This document shows positions 34,200-41,068 of a stretch of DNA of 41,068 bases, in pieces (the first letter of the stretch is position 1; the number at the start of each line of letters is the position of its first letter). Made by a program: the position numbers and the translations under genes. The DNA is taken from NCBI GenBank assembly GCA_964615065.1, contig CAZTPM010000001.1, forward strand, positions 1 through 41,068, given 5' to 3'. This stretch comes from Candidatus Woesearchaeota archaeon (GTDB taxonomy: Archaea; Nanobdellota; Nanobdellia; Pacearchaeales; GW2011-AR1). The notes beneath the pieces were generated by a model. That model saw only the letters and a program-made list of their open reading frames with translations, searched no databases and was not told where the DNA came from.

Positions 34200-34332
34200 T
34201 TTGTTAAAATGGTTTGAAAGTTTAAAAAAGTTAGGTTTGTTCAAAAGTCATGAACAATTAATTGGGTTTTTGCATTATCAGTTTTAATTAATCTGTGAGT
34301 TGACGAGCAGGCAGAAATATTTTAGTTTTATT

Positions 34333-34743
34333 TCAAATAAGATCTATTAAAAATTCTTTTAGTTTTTTGTGGAAAGATGTAGTAAAATATTTTTCAAGTT
34401 CTTTTGGGTTAACCCATTTTAATTCTATTATGTCTTCTCCTGGTTTTTCTTTACCTTTAAAAACTTGAGTTAAAAAATAAACTGCTAAAAGATTTAGTTT
34501 TTCGGGATATGTTTTTGAGAAAAAAGCACCTAAATTTTTTATATCATAACCTGTTTTTTGTTTTATTTTCTTTTTAAGGGCAGTATCAATTTCTTCTCCT
34601 ATTAAGAGTTCTCCTCCAGGAAAGCACCAGCTTAGTTCTGGAATATGGGGGTCATTTTCTCTTTTTCCAATTAATATTTTCTTTGTTTTTGGGTCAAAGA
34701 TTATTCCTAAAATGATTATGTTAAATTTTCCTTGCTCTTCCAT
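34333..34743 (-). CDS. Nudix-fold protein with degenerate Nudix box
   Basis: The position of the consensus GX5EX7REUXEEXGU box reads GGELLIGEEIDTALKKKIKQKTGY. The REUXEE acidic residues are replaced by Lys/Gln. Confidence 0.55.
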   Translation of the reverse strand: MEEQGKFNIIILGIIFDPKTKKILIGKRENDPHIPELSWCFPGGELLIGEEIDTALKKKIKQKTGYDIKNLGAFFSKTYPEKLNLLAVYFLTQVFKGKEKPGEDIIELKWVNPKELEKYFTTSFHKKLKEFLIDLI

Positions 34744-34811
34744 ATTTTTGTGGGGGCAGAAGGGTATTTAAGCTTTTTGTAGTGATATTTCTTATAAAAC
34801 CATATTTAATT

Positions 34812-35516
34812 TCATTTCATAAAAAATTCTGCGTTATTTTTTTTTGCTTGTTTTTCAACTTCAAAGATTATTTTTTTTAATTTGTTATCTGCTTTTTTTA
34901 TATCTTTGTCTTCTGTTTTAATTGAATATTTTCCTGCAGAAATATATTTAATTTCTGCATCTTTTATTTCTCCAAGAAGTTTTTTAATTAATTCCAATCC
35001 GTTTGGTTTTGAGCTTTTTAAAAAAAATTGTTTTTTTATTATTGCTTTTTTTTGTTTTTGGGAATTTAAAATTTCTAAAATCTTTTTTGAATGTTCTTTC
35101 TTAATTATTTTTTCAAGTTTTTTTGGATTTTTTTTTGCTTCTTGAAAAAATTCAAAAAGATTTTCAGATTTTTCAATTTCAGAAATTATCTCTTCAGACT
35201 TTTCGCCCAAAACACTTTTCAAAACACTTTTCAAACTTTTTTCTTGTTTGTATAGTTCTTTTACTTCTTTGATTTCTTTTGGGGTAACTCTTCTTAAACT
35301 TAAATGTATATTTCCTAAAGAATTTATTCTTAAAATCTTGCAAACAATTTTCTTTTTTGGAACAACATATTCTCTTAAATTCCTAATTCTTCCTGGTGCT
35401 ATTTCACTTAAAATAATGCTCCCTTCTTTTGATGTCCCATCTATTTTAATAAATACAACTGTTCCAACTATCCTGTCCACTGTGCATAAAATTACATCAC
35501 CTTCTTCGAGTTCCAT
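34812..35516 (-). CDS. Translation initiation factor aIF2 alpha subunit (short form)
   Basis: S1 domain EEGDVILCTVDRIVGTVVFIKIDG..SIILSEIAPGRIRNLREYV..KIVCKILRIN..GNIHLSLRRVTPKE. Confidence 0.7.
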   Translation of the reverse strand: MELEEGDVILCTVDRIVGTVVFIKIDGTSKEGSIILSEIAPGRIRNLREYVVPKKKIVCKILRINSLGNIHLSLRRVTPKEIKEVKELYKQEKSLKSVLKSVLGEKSEEIISEIEKSENLFEFFQEAKKNPKKLEKIIKKEHSKKILEILNSQKQKKAIIKKQFFLKSSKPNGLELIKKLLGEIKDAEIKYISAGKYSIKTEDKDIKKADNKLKKIIFEVEKQAKKNNAEFFMK

Positions 35517-35540
35517 GTTTTATTAAGAAATCTTGGAGTT

Positions 35541-36884
35541 TTAAACCTTCACAACTTCTATTTCAAGATTCTTTTGTAATAAATTTATGAATTCTTGTTC
35601 TTTTGATTGTAGAATATTGCAGCCTGCTGCAAATTCATGACCTCCTACTTCACCTCCGATTTTTTCAACAACATTGTTTAAAATTTCCCTTAGGTTTCGC
35701 CCTGTTCTTCCTACATTTCTTGCAGATACTTTTATTTTGTTTTCATAATATGCCATTGTTGTTATGATTGTTCCTTCTTCGTATGTTGGTGAAGCAGAGA
35801 GAATGCTTGCTATTGTTCCTATCATCGTATCCTTGATATTTTTTTCAGCATTAAATATTACAAAACCTTTGCCTATTATTTTTTCAGCTGCAACTGCGAA
35901 TTTTATTCCGGAAATAAGGTGTTGCTTGTATTTTGCATGGATTTCTTCTGCTGATTTTTTTGCTTCTGGGATTTCCATACAGAATCTTATTGCAACTTGG
36001 CTTTCTCCAAATCTTGAGCAAGCATTTATTTTTGCACTTATTTCTCTTGCATCTTCTAATTTATTGAAGAATTTTATAAGAAAAATATCACCGATTATTT
36101 CTTTTTGTTTTGATTTTGGGTTTCTTAACATTATTGCGGTTACGATTTTTTCCATTTCTTCTTTGTTTAATTCAATTATACTTTTATATTTTCCATTTTT
36201 TGGCGTGAGGTTTGTTTCTCTTAAAAGTTCAATTACTCCTTTTGAATCTCCTGTTACGCCAGGGATAAAAGGGCGTGAGCAAAATTCTAAAGCACGATTT
36301 AATGGTCGGGTTGAAGGATAAATTAAGAGACCCCTTTTTCTTTGTATTTCTCCTTCGTCTAAAATTCCACTGTTTAATTTATCAATATTTTTTTCCATTA
36401 AATCCCCAATCATTCCTAAAACAGCAAGTTTGGCAAATTCTTTGTTTTCTGAATTTATTTCTTTGCAAAAAAGATATGTTAAACCTGAGCCGCTTATTTT
36501 TTGTTTATTGTGAAGTTCTGGATTTATAAGTATTAAGTTTTCTGGGATTTCTTGAATAATTTCGTGGTGGTCTAAAATAAAAACGTTTTCAAGTTCGCTT
36601 TCTTTTATTTGCCCTAAACTTCCAGAAGCTAAGTCTAAAAATAAAGTTACTTTGTTTTTTTGGAGGTTTTGAATAATTTTTGCATCAAGGCTTTTTACAA
36701 TTTTTAGAGAGAATGTTTTGTCTAATTTTTTGAGGGTTCGGATCATTATTGTTGCAGAAGTTATTCCGTCTGTGTCGTTGTGGCTTATAATTTGAATCTC
36801 TTTTCCATCTGAAACTTCAAGAAACTTTTTCACTGCAAATTTTATTTGTTTTTCTAAAGAATTTTTTATTTCTACCATTTTCAC
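35541..36884 (-). CDS. Archaeal RecJ/GAN (Cdc45-like) DHH-family phosphoesterase
   Basis: DHH motifs ISHNDTDGITSA and FILDHH. DHHA1 motif GGHEFAAG. Confidence 0.75.
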   Translation of the reverse strand: MKMVEIKNSLEKQIKFAVKKFLEVSDGKEIQIISHNDTDGITSATIMIRTLKKLDKTFSLKIVKSLDAKIIQNLQKNKVTLFLDLASGSLGQIKESELENVFILDHHEIIQEIPENLILINPELHNKQKISGSGLTYLFCKEINSENKEFAKLAVLGMIGDLMEKNIDKLNSGILDEGEIQRKRGLLIYPSTRPLNRALEFCSRPFIPGVTGDSKGVIELLRETNLTPKNGKYKSIIELNKEEMEKIVTAIMLRNPKSKQKEIIGDIFLIKFFNKLEDAREISAKINACSRFGESQVAIRFCMEIPEAKKSAEEIHAKYKQHLISGIKFAVAAEKIIGKGFVIFNAEKNIKDTMIGTIASILSASPTYEEGTIITTMAYYENKIKVSARNVGRTGRNLREILNNVVEKIGGEVGGHEFAAGCNILQSKEQEFINLLQKNLEIEVVKV

Positions 36885-36897
36885 CTCAAAAAAATAA

Positions 36898-37242
36898 TTA
36901 TTTTTTAATTAATCCAAAATATCTTTTTAACTTTCTCAATTGCGCAAAAATTCTGTCTTTCTCACGCATAGCTCTTTTATCTTGTTTATTATTTCCATAA
37001 TGTTTTTTTACTCTTTCTAATTTTTCTTCGACGTTTTTTAAGTCAGGGTTTTGATAAATATTTTTTTCTTTTAGAATTTGGGAAATCTTTTTCTTAAAAT
37101 CTTTTGGGTGTATATTTTGTTTTCTTAATTCTTCTCCAATTTTTTCGCTTGTCAAACCTTTTTCAGCTAATTCTATAACTTTCCTCTCAAAATCTGTTTG
37201 AATTATTTTTTTTGTTCTATTAGGTTGTGTTTTTTCTGGCAT
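36898..37242 (-). CDS. rps15: Ribosomal protein uS15 (S15P/S13e)
   Basis: LAEKGLTSEKIGEELRKQ...KKISQILKEKN...VKKHYGNNKQDKRAMREKDRIFAQLRKLKRYF matches the archaeal S15 pattern. Confidence 0.75.
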   Translation of the reverse strand: MPEKTQPNRTKKIIQTDFERKVIELAEKGLTSEKIGEELRKQNIHPKDFKKKISQILKEKNIYQNPDLKNVEEKLERVKKHYGNNKQDKRAMREKDRIFAQLRKLKRYFGLIKK

Positions 37243-37316
37243 TTTAATACATATTAAAATTGTTTTTTAAATCTTTGTGTGGTAGATTTTTTAAATGCTG
37301 ATTCTTTGTAAATAAT

Positions 37317-38111
37317 ATGGGTAAAACAATAGGGGTGTTAAGTTTAAAAGGTGGTGTCGGTAAAACTTCGTCTGTCGTGGCACTTGGTTCTGCTTTGGCA
37401 AATCTTGGAAAAAAAGTTTTATTAGTTGATGCTAATTTTTCAGCACCAAATTTGGGTTTGCATTTAAACGTTGTTGATCCTGAAGTAACTTTTCATTCTG
37501 TTTTAGAAAATAAAGCCCATCCAAAAGAAGCTGTTCAAAGGGTTCTGAATTTTGATATTATGCCTGCTTGTATTTTTGGGAATCCTAATTTGAATTATTT
37601 AAAACTTAGAGATAAAATTAAATCTTTGAAAAGAAGTTACGATATTATTTTGCTTGATTCTTCGCCTGCTTTGAATGAAGAAACTTTAGCTGCAATGAAT
37701 GCTTCAGACGAGATTCTTGTTGTGACAACTCCTGATCATTCTACATTGAGCACAACTTTGAAATCTGTTAAATTAGCAAAACAAAAAGGAATTCCAATAA
37801 TTGGTTTGATTTTAAATAAAGTTTATGAAAAAGGATTTGAATTATCAATTGATGATGTTGAGGACACAATTGAAGTTCCTGTTATGGCTGTAATCCCTTA
37901 TGATATAAATATTTTGAAAGCATTAGCAGAGTTTGTTCCTTCTCCTGTTTACAAACCATCTTCAAAATCAAGTGAAGAATACAACAAGTTGGCGGCAACT
38001 TTGGTTGGAGAAAAATACAAGTCAAAGGGTTTTAGAAATTTATTTAGGAAAATTAAACCAAAAAGGCATGAGATTAATAGAATTGTTTATTATGAGCAAG
38101 TTTTTAAATGA
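37317..38111 (+). CDS. MinD/ParA-family P-loop ATPase
   Basis: Deviant Walker A LSLKGGVGKTSS. LLVDAN. Walker B IILLDSSPA. Confidence 0.8.
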   Translation: MGKTIGVLSLKGGVGKTSSVVALGSALANLGKKVLLVDANFSAPNLGLHLNVVDPEVTFHSVLENKAHPKEAVQRVLNFDIMPACIFGNPNLNYLKLRDKIKSLKRSYDIILLDSSPALNEETLAAMNASDEILVVTTPDHSTLSTTLKSVKLAKQKGIPIIGLILNKVYEKGFELSIDDVEDTIEVPVMAVIPYDINILKALAEFVPSPVYKPSSKSSEEYNKLAATLVGEKYKSKGFRNLFRKIKPKRHEINRIVYYEQVFK

Positions 38112-38115
38112 TTTT

Positions 38116-38346
38116 TTATTTTTTCTGAGTTTTATACTTATCATAAATAGTTTTCAATAAATATCCTAAAAGAAAAAAAGAAAAAAATAATGAAAAATTT
38201 GATTTTGTTTTAATATAGTTGTAGAAAAAATAGATTATTAAACTTACCCAGAATAAATAACCTAAATATTTTGCTATTATTAATAATTTTGAAAAGAGTT
38301 CTTGATTTTTTTCTGAATTATAAGTTAAAGGCACTTTTATAGTCAT
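38116..38346 (-). CDS. Small membrane protein, unknown
   Basis: Two hydrophobic helices: YLGYLFWVSLIIYFFY and FSLFFSFFLLGYLL. Confidence 0.3.
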   Translation of the reverse strand: MTIKVPLTYNSEKNQELFSKLLIIAKYLGYLFWVSLIIYFFYNYIKTKSNFSLFFSFFLLGYLLKTIYDKYKTQKK

Positions 38347-38424
38347 GAATTATTTAAGTGATTTCTTATTTAATAATGTTTTCAATCAAAAATTTTAAAA
38401 ATAGGTAAGATGTAGTTTTTTTAG

Positions 38425-38497
38425 AGCCCCATAGTTCAGTGGTCAAGAATTCAAGGTTTTGGACCTTGAGACCCAGGTTCGAATCCTGGTGGGGCTA
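38425..38497 (+). tRNA. tRNA-Gln (anticodon TTG)
   Basis: Folded by hand. 7-bp acceptor AGCCCCA/TGGGGCT with an A1-U72 pair. D arm GTTC/GAAT. Anticodon stem CAAGG/CCTTG with loop TT-TTG-GA. T arm CCAGG-TTCGAAT-CCTGG. Discriminator A. CCA is not encoded. Confidence 0.9.
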
Positions 38498-38731
38498 TCC
38501 GACTTTCAGTCTCAGTTTGAAGGAACATTTTAGATACTTTTTGAGCTAAAGTATTTTTATAGATTTTTTGCGTAAAAAAGACATGGTTAAAGAAATGAGA
38601 ATACTACAATATCTAAATAAATATTATACAGCTTTGGAAAAACAAATATATTAATTTTATAGTGACAACATATTAGAAAGATTTATAAATGCATAAAATC
38701 GTATTTAATCGTGTTAAATAGGAGAAATCCA

Positions 38732-38878
38732 ATGAAACAAAAATTGAGCATAACAATTGACAGAAAAACAATTAAACTTATAGAGGAATCTATAAAAGAC
38801 GGCTTGTTCAGGAACAGATCTCATGTTGTTGAGTTTAGTTTAAATAAAACATTAAAGGAGAAAAAACAAAATGCCTAA
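38732..38878 (+). CDS. Small (48 aa) ribbon-helix-helix (CopG/Arc/MetJ-like) regulator; not in ORF track
   Basis: GGAG 7 nt upstream of the ATG. MKQKLSITIDRKTIKLIEESIKDGLFRNRSHVVEFSLNKTLKEKKQNA. Overlaps the next gene by 8 nt. Confidence 0.5.
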   Translation: MKQKLSITIDRKTIKLIEESIKDGLFRNRSHVVEFSLNKTLKEKKQNA

Positions 38879-40235
38879 AGAAAAATTACAAGATAAAGTA
38901 AGAGGACTTTATGAGAAGGTTGGAAATGAATTTTATTTAAATAGAGATGATTTTGAATCAAACGGAGAGAAATTTAATTCTGCTTTGTTAATGGGAACTT
39001 TAACAGAACTTAACAAAGGGAACATGCTTTTATTCGGAGAATATGGTGGAGGTAAAACAACTTCTGCAGAATATTTGAACTCTGTGTTTAATGGACTGCC
39101 TTTAGATTTGGTTAAGAGAGTTGCTATTAGAGGTAATCCTCAACTAACAGAAGAAAAAATGGTTGGTAGACCACATTATGGTAAGATGCACCAAGGGGAA
39201 GAAGATGTTGTATGGCAGCATTTTGTTTTGGTTGGACCCAAAATATTCGACGAGTTTAATAGAATCCCAGAATCAAATCAGGCTGTTGTTTTAAATGGTG
39301 TTGATAGAGGAGAGTGGAATTATTTGAATGACTTTGTCTCAACAGGACCTCAATCATTTTTCGCAACTTGTAATTATGCTGATAAAGGAAATAATGGATT
39401 AATTCCTCCTATTTTAGATAGATTTGACGTTGGTGTTGAATCAAAATTCCCAGGTGTTGCTAATGCATTGCACATTGCTCAGGATTATCACAATGATAAA
39501 GATAAAATTTTAAGTGATCCAAAATTAACAAGAAAAGCTTTAGAAGTTTTAAGTTCTGGAAAATCTTATGAGGAAACACAAAAAGAATTAGAACAAATAG
39601 TTCAATCACATGAGGGTACTTTAAGAGAAAAAGGATTTCCTGTTTTATCAACAGAAGATAAAGAAAAAATTGAACAAGAGATTAGGGAGGTCCCTTTTGA
39701 TAGAGATGCTGAGCAGTATTTTGCTTTTTTAGTTGCTGAAATGAACACAAGCCAAAAGTATGGGCAAAAAAGAAGTATTGACCCTGCTTCAAGCGAGCAT
39801 GGATTGTACTTGCAGGCAGCTTTTGTCGGAAGTGGTAGTAGAAGGGAAGAAAAATCTATTGTTAGATATGCAAAATCTTTGGCATGGTTGCAGGACCAAG
39901 GAGAAGTTAATCTTGATCATGTTACACAAGTTGCTCCTTATATTTTGTGGCACAGAATTAAATGGACTCCTGAAACAGAACAAGCATTTAGAGAAAATGA
40001 TAGAGAAGACCCATTGGATTTATACATAACTAAAACTACTCTTGGAGACGGAACAAATGAATTGCCGGGAGTTAAAAAAAGATTTGTAGAAAGTCAGGAA
40101 AATTATCAAAGAGTTATTGATTTAGTTGGACATGGAAAAATTGATAAAGCATTGCAAGAAGCAAAAGAATATGCAGCTGACGGAAAAGGACATCCAATAT
40201 TCCAAGATACAATAAAGGATTTGGAAGGGAGATAA
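38871..40235 (+). CDS. MoxR-like AAA+ ATPase (COG0714-type core) with about 200-aa helical C-terminal extension
   Basis: Walker A LLFGEYGGGKTTSA. Walker B IFDEFNRIPESNQAVVLNGVDRGEW. ATCNY. Sensor region LIPPILDRFDV. Confidence 0.65.
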   Translation: MPKEKLQDKVRGLYEKVGNEFYLNRDDFESNGEKFNSALLMGTLTELNKGNMLLFGEYGGGKTTSAEYLNSVFNGLPLDLVKRVAIRGNPQLTEEKMVGRPHYGKMHQGEEDVVWQHFVLVGPKIFDEFNRIPESNQAVVLNGVDRGEWNYLNDFVSTGPQSFFATCNYADKGNNGLIPPILDRFDVGVESKFPGVANALHIAQDYHNDKDKILSDPKLTRKALEVLSSGKSYEETQKELEQIVQSHEGTLREKGFPVLSTEDKEKIEQEIREVPFDRDAEQYFAFLVAEMNTSQKYGQKRSIDPASSEHGLYLQAAFVGSGSRREEKSIVRYAKSLAWLQDQGEVNLDHVTQVAPYILWHRIKWTPETEQAFRENDREDPLDLYITKTTLGDGTNELPGVKKRFVESQENYQRVIDLVGHGKIDKALQEAKEYAADGKGHPIFQDTIKDLEGR

Positions 40236-40236
40236 A

Positions 40237-41043
40237 ATGCCAAATCCACGTTTTCTTCAAACAGCAGAACGTTGGAAGAACAAAGAGATTCCGACTGAAA
40301 GAGAGAAAAAACAAAGACCAATTAAACAAAAAACTCCTTTTGCAACAGGGAATGTTAATTATAGTTTCTTAGAAGGAAATTCCGGAAAACAAATTTTAGA
40401 AGAATATAATCAAAGAGTAAAAGCAGATTACAAAGATAGTTCTGCTTTGAAAGTTTTATCTTTTGCAGACAATGTTGTTCAGGGAAGCAATCCATTTGCA
40501 TTTGTTTTGCTTAACAAAATTTTAACTCAGCAAAAAATGAGAATAGCAACCCCTGCTGATTTAGAAAGAGCATTAGAAAAAGAAGCAATTAATTTAAGAG
40601 ATACTTATGGGGATTCTGGATTGGTTTTGAGAGGTGGGGGAGAACCAAACCAATACTTAGCAAGAGATTTAATTAATCAAGTTAAACAAAAAGGAAGTTT
40701 GCAATATCCTTTAATGATTCCATTAGAAGGATTGGATTTAAAATATGACTCAAATTCACCGCATAATTTATCTTTTCAATTAACTGATTTTTCAGAATTG
40801 ATTTATGCTTCACAATTAAATAAGATAAATCAGAGTAAGAAGTTTAATCGTGCAGACGAACAAGGACTCCCAATTTTTGAGGATAATGGATCAAGAACCT
40901 TGTATTCAAATGAAGATGGAGGACTTTGTAGGCTGTGTCGTGGCGGGGTTCTTGGCCTGGTCGCTGGGGACTGGTATCTCGCTAGTTCGGGCGACTATGG
41001 CCGGGTAATTGTTTGTGCCGAAGGCACGCGCGCAAAAAATTAA
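40237..41043 (+). CDS. Hypothetical 268-aa protein; partner of the AAA+ ATPase; C-terminal 40 aa encoded by an anomalously GC-rich segment
   Basis: Starts 1 nt after the upstream stop. I see no VWA (DxSxS) motif or any other motif. The tail is LCRLCRGGVLGLVAGDWYLASSGDYGRVIVCAEGTRAKN. Confidence 0.45.
   Translation: MPNPRFLQTAERWKNKEIPTEREKKQRPIKQKTPFATGNVNYSFLEGNSGKQILEEYNQRVKADYKDSSALKVLSFADNVVQGSNPFAFVLLNKILTQQKMRIATPADLERALEKEAINLRDTYGDSGLVLRGGGEPNQYLARDLINQVKQKGSLQYPLMIPLEGLDLKYDSNSPHNLSFQLTDFSELIYASQLNKINQSKKFNRADEQGLPIFEDNGSRTLYSNEDGGLCRLCRGGVLGLVAGDWYLASSGDYGRVIVCAEGTRAKN
40925..41035. other. GC spike (about 60-65% by hand count) with hairpins, inside the 3' end of CDS 40237..41043
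   Basis: GGCC-TG-GTCGC...GCGAC-TAT-GGCC (40954-41002). GTGCC-GAA-GGCAC (41015-41027). Codons GGC, CTG, GTC, CGC, GCC and ACG are atypical for this window. Confidence 0.35.
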
Positions 41044-41068
41044 TAAAATGGTAAACAAAAGATTTTTA

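Noticed and set aside
35764-36321. Plus-strand 185-aa ORF, and 36275..36529
   Set aside because: Antisense to the RecJ/GAN-like gene, which carries the DHH and DHHA1 motifs. Composition-driven shadow ORFs.
40925-41035. GC spike as a 5S rRNA or tRNA gene (minus strand contains CGGCCATAG...CCGAAC)
   Set aside because: The spacing between these words is far too short for 5S rRNA. No T-loop or cloverleaf can be drawn on either strand.
1-41068. CRISPR arrays, rRNA genes, transposases or integrases
   Set aside because: I found no regularly spaced direct repeats with unique spacers, no rRNA-like GC-rich long segments, and no DDE, tyrosine or serine recombinase motifs while reading the ORFs.

Overview
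AT-rich (about 30% GC by eye) archaeal contig, most likely from a small-genome DPANN-type lineage; the lineage is an inference. Archaeal markers seen by eye: RadA, RPA-like OB-fold protein, aIF2-alpha, aEF-1-beta, uS15 (S13e type), a Nop10-like zinc ribbon, a RecJ/GAN-type DHH phosphoesterase, an EndoQ-like PHP protein, tRNA-Gln with an A1-U72 pair, a FlaK/PibD-type prepilin peptidase and many class-III-signal pilin-like genes. Layout: (1) 3-6958, a cysteine-rich surface protein with a C25 protease domain, a membrane-anchored partner, and a FlaI/PilB-type ATPase. (2) 7011-16542, a Type I R-M locus (hsdR, hsdS, hsdM) interrupted by seven uncharacterised genes. These are an RHH protein, a small nuclease-like protein, an isolated GC-rich structured element, a 231-aa protein coupled to hsdS, two membrane proteins wedged between hsdS and hsdM, and an AbrB-nucleotidyltransferase fusion cassette flanked by 21-bp direct repeats. 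(3) 16726-26289, a candidate pilus platform protein, two secreted proteins, about eleven pilin-like genes and the prepilin peptidase. (4) 26286-38346, housekeeping and DNA-repair genes. (5) 38425-41043, tRNA-Gln followed by an RHH / MoxR-like AAA+ / unknown cassette whose 3' end is a sharp GC spike. The best candidate for an undescribed system is the set of tightly coupled unknown genes inside the Type I R-M operon, followed by the tRNA-adjacent AAA+ cassette. Also of note are a duplicated 200-245 nt intergenic element and a bipartite motif (TAAGGGG-N10-15-TYSCTTTMR) shared by the pilin, rpa and radA upstream regions. No CRISPR array, rRNA, transposase or integrase was recognised. All homology calls are by-eye motif recognition, not database searches.
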